From an uncultured Bacteroidota bacterium (GTDB lineage Bacteria; Bacteroidota; Bacteroidia; UKL13-3): 64,000 nucleotides of DNA. Positions 1 to 7,689 of this stretch are shown here, one piece after another (the first letter of the stretch is position 1; the number at the start of each line of letters is the position of its first letter). Position numbers and translations under genes: made by a program. The stretch covers positions 26,818-90,817 of the forward strand of contig CAISCU010000005.1 of assembly GCA_903883965.1 (NCBI GenBank), written 5' to 3'. Below the pieces are notes generated by a model that was not told where the DNA came from, did not search any database, and saw only the letters and a list, made by a program, of their open reading frames with translations.

Positions 1-2685
1 ACCATTCAAGTCAAATGGATGGGTGGAACAAGTTACCAAGTGAGCGTTAAAATTTTCAGAGATTGCGACCCCAATAGCCGTACTGCAGATCAGCCTACTT
101 TGCCCGATTTTGATGACCCCATTTATGTAGGGTTGTTCGAAAAAGGTAGCGACAAATTGATGCAAAGCATTAGGCTAGATTTGGATCCAAGTACTTACCG
201 TAAATTGGATTATTCAGGAATCAATTGCCCCATTATTACAACAGGTTGCACCGATTTAACCACCTATACAAAGGTTATTACCATGTCTGAAAGTAAATAT
301 GCCAACAATGCTGGTTATTACCTTTCTTGGGAGCGTTGCTGCAGAAATAAAATCATCAACAATATTCAATTTCCTGGAGATGCAGCCATTTCTTTGTATG
401 CTGAAATTCCAGCGGCTCGGTTTCACAATAGCAGTCCGGTTTACCAAAACAACCCGGTTACTTTAATGTGTACGAATACCTTGTTTAAGTACAACCTTAA
501 TTTTACAGATCCAGATAAACACCAGCTCAAATATTCTTTAGTTACACCTCTAAACGGGCACTTAGACAAAAACAATCCCAGCAACCCAAATGGCAATGGA
601 CAACTTCAGCCATTGAACCCTAGACCCTACCAATCCATTGCTTGGAATCCGGGTTACAGTGCAACCAATGCAATCAAAGGTTCTTTGCCACTCTCTATCA
701 ATCCTACAACTGGCGAAATCACTTGTATACCAACTTCAGCAGGGGTATATGTGGCTTCTATTCTGGTAGAAGAATTTTTAAATGGTGTAAAAATTGGAGA
801 AGTTCGGCTGGAGCTACAATTTACAGTAACACCTTGTGCGGGTAATCCCCCCAAGACTTTCATGGTATCTGTAAACAACCAAATCATTTTCCCTAATGAT
901 ACGGTGTACGTAGAAATTCCTGATAACATATGCATGACCATTCGGTCCGAAAAAGGTGATGGTGCCAATGGTGATTCTATTTACATGAAAATAGCAACTC
1001 CAATTATGGATTCACCTTTAACCGTTAAACCGGTATTTCCTTCAGAAGTAAATGGTACCGGAATTGTTACAGCTCTATTTTGTTTTCAAAGTGCCTGTGA
1101 ATACATGAATACACCGTTATTTCCAGTTTTTGTTGAAGCTACAGACAATTCTTGCCCACTCAATAAAAAATCAGGTTCATTGTTTTGGGTCAAAATTAAA
1201 AACCCAGCTCCACCTCAAATTCAGGTATTACAAGAAAACGGTTTACCCATTGCTTCGGATACCATTTCAATTGAAGCCCTCCAACAAAAATGCGTAAAGG
1301 TAGTGGCTTCAGCAAAAGACTCTTTGAATTTAGCCATTCATTTTCCTGTAAACAGCTTGCTCAATCAAACCTTGGCTCCTTCTGATACTTTTAAAACGGG
1401 TTTCAAAAAAGTAAGTACAGATTTTTGTTTTAAAAACACTTGTGCCGACAAAAGCGGCATTTATCCTGTTTATCTTCAATCGAGTGGCAATTGCCCTGGA
1501 GCTAGCACCAAGTTCGATACCTTTTGGGTTCAGATTAAACCAATGCCTATAGTGAGTAGTACTGTATTGTTGTGTATGACTTTGGTTGATAACAAAGAAA
1601 CTCACCTCTATTACGGCGATTCACTCTTTGGTAAAAACCCAATGTTTAATTATTACAGACTATACAGAATTACTGGCAATAAAACTGAGTTAATAGACTC
1701 TACTGCCAACCCCAATAACCGTTATTTCAAAGACTTGAATACACCCAATTATGCTCAGATTAATTACCGCTATTTTATGGTTGGTGTAAATATTTGTGGC
1801 ATTGAGGGCCCTAGCTCAGACACTTTGGGAACTTTTGATCAATTGAAATTTATTCCGGATCAACAAGTTATTAAATACGTTACTGTTAATAATAACAAAT
1901 CTGTTTACTTAGAGTGGAAGCCAAGTTGGGAGAAAGATTTTGCCAAATATTACCTCTATAAATCCAAATCAAATAGTGCCTTTGTGCTTTTGTGCACTTT
2001 TGAAAATGTGAACGACACCTCATACCTCGATAACGATGTTGATGTACAACAAGCATCTTATTGTTACCATTTAGTCATGCAAGATACCTGTGACAATTAT
2101 GGGCCAGAGGGCTTGCATGCATGTTCTATGCTTTTAAGTGGTAATGCGGTGCCATTTGCAAGCAATTTAATCTGGAGTCCATATGTGGGTTGGATGAACT
2201 CTCCTCTCAAATACCAGGTATTAAGGGCAGATCCATCCAATTTACAGCGAAAAATTGTAGAGACTGACTCTTTGGTTAAAAGGTATACCGATAACAATTT
2301 AAATTTGGACGAGGGTATTTTTTATTATACCATCCAAGCTGATTCTATTTCTAAGACTGGCAATAAAACCATTTATAGTAGTATTTCAAATACCATTAGT
2401 TTGTATCAGAGTCCTGAGGTTTATGCCCCTAATGCTGTTACTGCAAATGGAGATGGTTTAAATGATGTTTTTAAATGGGTGCCGGTATTTCTAAAAGACT
2501 TTCACATCAGCATTTACAACCGATGGGGCCAAGAGGTTTTTAGAACCGATTCAAAAACTGCTAGCTGGGATTTAAAAGTGAATGGCAATTTTGTAGCTGA
2601 AGATGTGTATTTGTTCAAAATCAATTATACGGGTTACGATGATACAGTTGGCTCAAAACAAGGCAGTTTTACCATTCTGCACTAA
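1..2685 (+). CDS. T9SS type B (gliding-motility-associated) C-terminal sorting domain surface protein, 5' partial
   Basis: Reading frame is open from window position 1 (no stop upstream of the listed start at 19). The C-terminal ~90 aa match the T9SS type-B CTD pattern (..NGDGLNDVF....IYNRWGQEVF...W....G....YLF.....G....G.FTILH). The body is Thr/Asn-rich extracellular-type sequence. Confidence 0.7.
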   Translation, partial: TIQVKWMGGTSYQVSVKIFRDCDPNSRTADQPTLPDFDDPIYVGLFEKGSDKLMQSIRLDLDPSTYRKLDYSGINCPIITTGCTDLTTYTKVITMSESKYANNAGYYLSWERCCRNKIINNIQFPGDAAISLYAEIPAARFHNSSPVYQNNPVTLMCTNTLFKYNLNFTDPDKHQLKYSLVTPLNGHLDKNNPSNPNGNGQLQPLNPRPYQSIAWNPGYSATNAIKGSLPLSINPTTGEITCIPTSAGVYVASILVEEFLNGVKIGEVRLELQFTVTPCAGNPPKTFMVSVNNQIIFPNDTVYVEIPDNICMTIRSEKGDGANGDSIYMKIATPIMDSPLTVKPVFPSEVNGTGIVTALFCFQSACEYMNTPLFPVFVEATDNSCPLNKKSGSLFWVKIKNPAPPQIQVLQENGLPIASDTISIEALQQKCVKVVASAKDSLNLAIHFPVNSLLNQTLAPSDTFKTGFKKVSTDFCFKNTCADKSGIYPVYLQSSGNCPGASTKFDTFWVQIKPMPIVSSTVLLCMTLVDNKETHLYYGDSLFGKNPMFNYYRLYRITGNKTELIDSTANPNNRYFKDLNTPNYAQINYRYFMVGVNICGIEGPSSDTLGTFDQLKFIPDQQVIKYVTVNNNKSVYLEWKPSWEKDFAKYYLYKSKSNSAFVLLCTFENVNDTSYLDNDVDVQQASYCYHLVMQDTCDNYGPEGLHACSMLLSGNAVPFASNLIWSPYVGWMNSPLKYQVLRADPSNLQRKIVETDSLVKRYTDNNLNLDEGIFYYTIQADSISKTGNKTIYSSISNTISLYQSPEVYAPNAVTANGDGLNDVFKWVPVFLKDFHISIYNRWGQEVFRTDSKTASWDLKVNGNFVAEDVYLFKINYTGYDDTVGSKQGSFTILH

Positions 2686-2832
2686 AATGGGAATTATCCT
2701 GTTTTAGAAATAAAGTCCCAAAACGGTTTAAATAGTTGTAGGTTGAAATTTTATTTCCCTGAACATGAAATCAATCCCCATTTCAAACTCAAAACTATTA
2801 AAATTTAACCCCAATTTCGTACCTGTATTTGT

Positions 2833-2840
2833 ATTTTTGT
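2833..2840 (+). promoter_or_regulatory. Bacteroidota -7 promoter motif TAnnTTTG (TATTTTTG) upstream of the 122-aa ORF
   Basis: Exact match to TAnnTTTG, 25 nt upstream of the ATG at 2866, inside a 180-bp non-coding gap. Confidence 0.3.
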
Positions 2841-2865
2841 CTCCCAAATTTTAAATGCAGACTAT

Positions 2866-3234
2866 ATGAGTACAGAGAAAACAATTGTTATTGCTAAGAA
2901 AAAGAATATTCAACCAATTATTGACTATTGCATGGATGCCCGTTTGGTTTGTAGCATCTTACCAAAAGGACTATCTGCAGACGAATTTGAAGTAGAATTA
3001 ACCCTTTCTGGTATCAAACAAGCCATTGCGTTTGGAATGTTTGCCAGAGAAAACAAATTGGAAGTTGCTGGTTTTGCCGATATGAATAAGCCTAAACCTG
3101 TCATTGCTAAAAAGGTAGAAAGCAAAGAAATGCCTTCAAATACCTTAACAGAAATGCCAACTACAACTCCGGATGCTGAACCGGTAAAACTAGAAAACAG
3201 CCTAAATTTTGACTTAAATGTGATCAACAACTAG
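2866..3234 (+). CDS. hypothetical protein (122 aa; ~70-aa structured N-terminal part plus a Pro/Thr/Lys-rich tail)
   Basis: ATG start with clean intergenic flanks, its own -7 motif upstream and a perfect palindromic terminator downstream. I recognise no family. Confidence 0.5.
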   Translation: MSTEKTIVIAKKKNIQPIIDYCMDARLVCSILPKGLSADEFEVELTLSGIKQAIAFGMFARENKLEVAGFADMNKPKPVIAKKVESKEMPSNTLTEMPTTTPDAEPVKLENSLNFDLNVINN

Positions 3235-3300
3235 TTGTTGCCATACTTTTAAGCTTCAAAGCTTTCACCTTGTGTGAGAAATTTGATTGATTACGCGAAT

Positions 3301-3330
3301 ACAGAGGCCATGGCCTCTGTATTTGTTTAT
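3301..3330 (+). terminator. Rho-independent terminator (perfect 20-bp palindrome ACAGAGGCCATGGCCTCTGT followed by ATTTGTTTAT)
   Basis: Perfect self-complementary 20-mer read directly from the sequence, followed by a T-rich run, 66 bp after the stop of the 122-aa ORF. Confidence 0.5.
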
Positions 3331-3380
3331 AGGCCATCCATATTTTGTAAACACAAAAAAAATAACCATTTTGCATAGGC

Positions 3381-4904
3381 ATGGCTATTATCAATTCATT
3401 AGTTTCTTGGTATTTAAAGCGTAGAATACCCGCTATTGAAACCATGTTGAGTAACCCATTTGGTGTACAATACAACCAATTGATTCAATTACTCAGAACA
3501 GCACAAATAACCGAGTTTGGCAGGAAATACGACTTTAAAACCATTCATTCTATAGAAACATTTAAAGAAAGGGTACCGGTTACCAATTACGATGACTTTA
3601 AACACTATATAGAAAGAATGATGCGTGGGGAACAAAATATTTTGTGGCCCTCAGATGTCAGTTGGTTTGCTAAATCAAGTGGTACCACAAGTGCCAAAAG
3701 CAAGTTTATTCCAGTTACTTACGAAAGTTTAGAGGAGTGCCATATTTTGGGGGGTAAGGATGTATTGTTATGGTATTTGAATCAACGGCCCAATTCTCAA
3801 TTATTTGATGGCAAAGGTTTGGTAATGGGCGGAAGTCATCAAATCAACCAACAGGGAGTAGGAAATGCTACTTTTTATGGCGACTTGAGTGCTGTAATGA
3901 TGCAAAATTTACCATTTTGGGCCCACTTTTTACGCACTCCAGAGTTGAGCATAGCCATTATGGATAACTGGGACGAAAAAATTGAGAAAATGGCGCGTGC
4001 AACTCTTCATGAAGATGTAACCAATATTTCTGGTGTACCCACATGGACAATTGTTTTAATAGAAAGGCTCTTTGCCTTAACAGGGAAACAAAACTTACTT
4101 GATATTTGGCCTAATTTGGAGTTGTATGTGCATGGTGGTGTCAGCTTTACACCTTATAAAGAACGTTTCTCTCAGTTAATCAAAGGCAGTTCTATGAATT
4201 ATATGGAAACGTACAATGCCAGTGAGGGTTTTATAGGTATTCAAGACCGCTTGGGAGCCTCAGATTTATTGCTGATGTTGGATTACGGTATTTTCTATGA
4301 ATTCATGCCTATGTCAGAATACGGCAAAGAAAACCCAGTTACGTATAATTTGAACGAAGTAAAACTCAATGAAAATTATGCGCTGGTGATTTCAACCAAT
4401 GCCGGCCTATGGCGCTATATTATTGGAGATACCATTCGGTTTACTTCTTTGAATCCTTTTAGGTTTAAGATTGCGGGTAGAACCAAGCATTTTATCAATG
4501 CCTTTGGAGAAGAGTTGGTGATTGAAAATGCTGATGAAGCCATAGCCAAAGCCTGTTCTATGTTAAAGGCTTCAATTGCCGACTATACAGCCTGTCCGAT
4601 TTATTTTAATGCCAACAGAAATGGAGGGCATGAATGGCTGATAGAATTCAATACAGCTCCTGAAAATTTAGATGCCTTTACATTGATTCTCGACCAAGAA
4701 TTAAAAGCACTGAATTCAGATTATGAAGCCAAGCGGTATAAAGACATTGCTATGATGCCCCCTCAAATTACTGCTGTTCCACGAGGTACTTTTCACAATT
4801 GGCTCAAACAAGCTGGTAAATTAGGAGGTCAACACAAAATTCCAAGGCTCAGCAATGACAGGCAGTTTGTTGAGGCTATCAAGGCTAACTGTTTTCAGGC
4901 ATAA
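3381..4904 (+). CDS. GH3 auxin-responsive promoter family protein (acyl-adenylate-forming enzyme superfamily)
   Basis: At 507 aa, its N-terminal region (..LSNPFGVQYNQLIQLL..FGRKYDF..I.SIETFKERVPVTNYDDFK.YIERM..GE.NILWP..V.WFAKSSGTT.AKSKFIPVT) is typical of the bacteroidete GH3 family. Confidence 0.85.
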   Translation: MAIINSLVSWYLKRRIPAIETMLSNPFGVQYNQLIQLLRTAQITEFGRKYDFKTIHSIETFKERVPVTNYDDFKHYIERMMRGEQNILWPSDVSWFAKSSGTTSAKSKFIPVTYESLEECHILGGKDVLLWYLNQRPNSQLFDGKGLVMGGSHQINQQGVGNATFYGDLSAVMMQNLPFWAHFLRTPELSIAIMDNWDEKIEKMARATLHEDVTNISGVPTWTIVLIERLFALTGKQNLLDIWPNLELYVHGGVSFTPYKERFSQLIKGSSMNYMETYNASEGFIGIQDRLGASDLLLMLDYGIFYEFMPMSEYGKENPVTYNLNEVKLNENYALVISTNAGLWRYIIGDTIRFTSLNPFRFKIAGRTKHFINAFGEELVIENADEAIAKACSMLKASIADYTACPIYFNANRNGGHEWLIEFNTAPENLDAFTLILDQELKALNSDYEAKRYKDIAMMPPQITAVPRGTFHNWLKQAGKLGGQHKIPRLSNDRQFVEAIKANCFQA

Positions 4905-4932
4905 AAAAACCGGCCTGAGCCGGTTTTAATTT
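4905..4932. terminator. Bidirectional rho-independent terminator between convergent GH3 and FKBP genes
   Basis: AAAAAAACCGGC-CTGA-GCCGGTTTT: a GC stem flanked by an A-run on one side and a T-run on the other, sitting between the stops at 4904 (+) and 4931 (-). Confidence 0.6.
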
Positions 4933-5743
4933 ATTTTACATCTACGAGTTCAACATCAAATTTGAGTGTGGCATTAGGTGGGATTACACCGCCAGCACCT
5001 CTAGTACCATAGCCCAATTCGCTAGGAATAATCAATTGCTTTTTATCTCCAACTTTCATCAAAGCAATGCCTTCTTCCCATCCTTTAATTACCATTCCGC
5101 TGCCCAAAGGAAAGCTAATTGGTTCTCCACGTTCAACAGAAGAATCAAATACTTTACCATCCATTAAATAACCAGTATAATGTACAGAAACAGTTTTGCC
5201 GTTTGTTGCTTGTACACCAGTTCCATTTTCTACATTGATATATTTTAAACCAGATGCAGTGGTATTGGTATCTTTGCCCGTTGTATTAAAAGGAACCAAT
5301 TTAGGCGCTGTTTTGCTGTCTATAACTTCTACATCAAATACCAAAGTGCTATTTGGTGGGATGGTACCCATATCTCTCTCTCCATATGCCAATTCAGAAG
5401 GAATGACAAAAGTTGCTTTGTCTCCTACTTTTAACAATTGCAAACCTTCATCCCAACCTTTAATTACCTGGCTTGCTCCAACTTTAAAACTGAAGGGTTG
5501 GTTTCTGTCTTTTGAACTATCAAATTTGGTTCCGTTGGTTAGTTTTCCAGTGTAATGCACAGTTACTTTGTCGCCGGCCAATACTTGTTTACCTGTGCCT
5601 AATTCGGTTACCCTGTAGCGCAATCCACTTGCTGTTGTTACTTCTTCGTTCACTTTTATTTTTCTTTTAATTGGTTGTTTGGTTTGGGCCTGTAACAGCA
5701 TTGTGCTAAACATACAGGCTATCAACAAAATTCTTTTGAACAT
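4931..5743 (-). CDS. FKBP-type peptidyl-prolyl cis-trans isomerase with two tandem FKBP domains and a signal peptide
   Basis: Two copies of the FKBP signature (GDKVTVHYTGKL.NGTKFDSS......F..G...VIKGW.EG...MKVG.K....IPSELAYG) and an N-terminal hydrophobic signal. Confidence 0.85.
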   Translation of the reverse strand: MFKRILLIACMFSTMLLQAQTKQPIKRKIKVNEEVTTASGLRYRVTELGTGKQVLAGDKVTVHYTGKLTNGTKFDSSKDRNQPFSFKVGASQVIKGWDEGLQLLKVGDKATFVIPSELAYGERDMGTIPPNSTLVFDVEVIDSKTAPKLVPFNTTGKDTNTTASGLKYINVENGTGVQATNGKTVSVHYTGYLMDGKVFDSSVERGEPISFPLGSGMVIKGWEEGIALMKVGDKKQLIIPSELGYGTRGAGGVIPPNATLKFDVELVDVK

Positions 5744-5753
5744 GGTAGATGAA

Positions 5754-6587
5754 TTAATTTACTTTAATCAATTTAACTTCAAATACAAGCGAAGAATAAG
5801 CTGGTATAGGTCCGTTTCCTTGAGGTCCGTATGCCAATTTGTAGGGAATGATGAATTTGAACTCATCACCTTCGCTCATCAATTGTAAGCCTTCGTCCCA
5901 TCCAGGAATGACTTGATTTTGACCTACATTAAAGGTGAAATTTGGTTTGCCGTCCATGTTTTGATCAAAAACAGTTCCATCTAACAATGTTCCTTTGTAT
6001 TGAACAGAAACACTCGCTCCTTTTTGAACCTTTTTTCCGTTACCCTTTTTAATGATTTGATAGCACAAACCACTGGCAGTTTTTTGAACATTGTCTAAAC
6101 TTCCTAAATACGATTGAAAATTCAAAGAATCTCTATTGATGTTGTCTTTTGATTGGTCTTCAATTTTCTTTTGCATTTCAGACTGACTGTATACATCAAC
6201 TAAACTTGCTAAGAAATGAATGGTTTCTCCAGTACCAATGTTTGCAGGTGGTGGAGCACCAAAACTCTTTAAATACAAAGAATCTGCACTCACACTAAAC
6301 GATAGACTATCTCCTTTTTTAAGCAAGCTAAATAGGCCTTTTAAAGTGCTTTCTTCAGCTGGTATATAATAAGGTTTTCCATTTACATAGCTGTCAAAAA
6401 GAACGGTGTCTTTGTTTTCAGCAACACCTCTCATGTGAAACAATAGGATGTCTCCTTTTTCTACGGCTCTAGCCGATTCGTCAGTTTTGAAGATGCGGTA
6501 GTTAACTAATCCGTCTTCTGTGGTTTTGTCTTTATTGCATGATGCAAATAAAATTACGGTAGCCAAAATGGCAAAGGTGCTTCTCAT
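5754..6587 (-). CDS. FKBP-type peptidyl-prolyl isomerase lipoprotein (C-terminal FKBP domain)
   Basis: C-terminal FKBP motif (VQYKGTLLDGTVFD...F.VG.NQVIPGWDEGLQLM.EGD...IIPY.LAYG). The start is refined to the ATG at 6587 (MRSTFAILATVILFASC, a lipobox) because the listed start at 6602 is a TTG. Confidence 0.75.
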   Translation of the reverse strand: MRSTFAILATVILFASCNKDKTTEDGLVNYRIFKTDESARAVEKGDILLFHMRGVAENKDTVLFDSYVNGKPYYIPAEESTLKGLFSLLKKGDSLSFSVSADSLYLKSFGAPPPANIGTGETIHFLASLVDVYSQSEMQKKIEDQSKDNINRDSLNFQSYLGSLDNVQKTASGLCYQIIKKGNGKKVQKGASVSVQYKGTLLDGTVFDQNMDGKPNFTFNVGQNQVIPGWDEGLQLMSEGDEFKFIIPYKLAYGPQGNGPIPAYSSLVFEVKLIKVN

Positions 6588-6598
6588 TTTTATAGTTT

Positions 6599-7609
6599 TC
6601 AATTTAAATATGCGATGTATTCTGGTAGCAGGTGTTTCAGTTTTTTCTCAATGGTTTGTAAGTCATCGGCACTTTCTCCGCCTGCAGCATTGAAATGGCC
6701 ACCACCGTTAAAATGTTTCCTTGCAAAGGCATTTGCTGGGAATTTAGATTTTGAACGGAAGCTCATTTTTCTGGCAACAGTTCGGTCAACAACTAGAATT
6801 GATAACTCAATCCCGGTAATTGAAAGCCCATAATTTACCAGTCCTTCAGTATCTCCAGTTATGATTTGGAAGCGCTCCAATTCTTCTGCTGTAACTAAAA
6901 TTAAAGCAGTTCGGTAATCGTGTAAAATTTGCATTTTTTCATTCAAACAGTAGCCTATAAAGCGCATTCTGTTTTCTGAATAATTGTCGTAAATGGCTTC
7001 ATGAATTCTGTTGGGTTTTGCACCTTTTTCGAGCAATTTTGCCGCAACCCTATGAGTAGTTGGTTTGGTAGAATTGTGCTTGAAAGATGCTGTATCAGTC
7101 ATGATACCAGCGTACAAACAAGAAGCTATAGATTCATTTACTTTTTCTACTTCATTGAACAGTTCTATCATCCAAAAAATCAATTCACTGGTGCTAGATG
7201 CATTGGTTGTCCAAAGTCTGAAATCGTCAAATCCTTCTGGTTCTAAATGGTGGTCTATGAGTATTTTCTTGGCTTTGGCATTTGCTACCATATCGCCCAA
7301 TAAATTAATGCGAGACAAGGTGTTGAAATCCAAACAGAAAATTAAATCAGCTGCAGCTACTAAAGCAGTTGCTTTTTCTTTTTCCTTTTCAAAGTTAACC
7401 ACTTCTTTTTCACCGGGCATCCATTTTAGAAAATCACCATAATCGGTTGGGCTTACCACATGAGCAGGTACACCAAGCTGAATTAAAAAATGCAATAAAC
7501 CCAAGGATGATCCGAGGGCATCAGCATCCGGTTTATGGTGAGTAGTAATCACCACCCTTGGCCTTGGAAAGGCAGACAAGAGATTTTTGAGTTCAATGAG
7601 TTGATTCAA
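6599..7609 (-). CDS. nrnA: bifunctional oligoribonuclease / pAp phosphatase NrnA (DHH-DHHA1 family)
   Basis: DHH motifs (ITTHHKPDADALGS; IDHH) and a C-terminal DHHA1 GGGH motif. The apparent start codon is TTG. Confidence 0.8.
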   Translation of the reverse strand: MNQLIELKNLLSAFPRPRVVITTHHKPDADALGSSLGLLHFLIQLGVPAHVVSPTDYGDFLKWMPGEKEVVNFEKEKEKATALVAAADLIFCLDFNTLSRINLLGDMVANAKAKKILIDHHLEPEGFDDFRLWTTNASSTSELIFWMIELFNEVEKVNESIASCLYAGIMTDTASFKHNSTKPTTHRVAAKLLEKGAKPNRIHEAIYDNYSENRMRFIGYCLNEKMQILHDYRTALILVTAEELERFQIITGDTEGLVNYGLSITGIELSILVVDRTVARKMSFRSKSKFPANAFARKHFNGGGHFNAAGGESADDLQTIEKKLKHLLPEYIAYLN

Positions 7610-7689
7610 AGCAATGCAAATATCTAAATATGAAGGATTTTATTACAATCTAACTTAAAAAAAGTAGGCATTTTATAGAAATAAATCTT

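Noticed and set aside
3251-3265. AAGCTTcaaAGCTTT near-repeat and the AGGCCAT recurrences around the 3301-3320 palindrome as a possible repeat element
   Set aside because: They are too short and occur only once. They are adequately explained as part of the terminator region.
5196-5555. Many 60-160-aa ORFs on the strand opposite to long genes (for example 5196..5555, 7065..7442, 13275..13616, 20757..21098, 24531..25004, 31806..32087, 36367..36705, 60192..60518)
   Set aside because: Each lies entirely inside a confidently identified gene on the other strand. They have low-complexity or hydrophobic translations with no motifs and are the expected antisense artefacts of AT-rich coding DNA.
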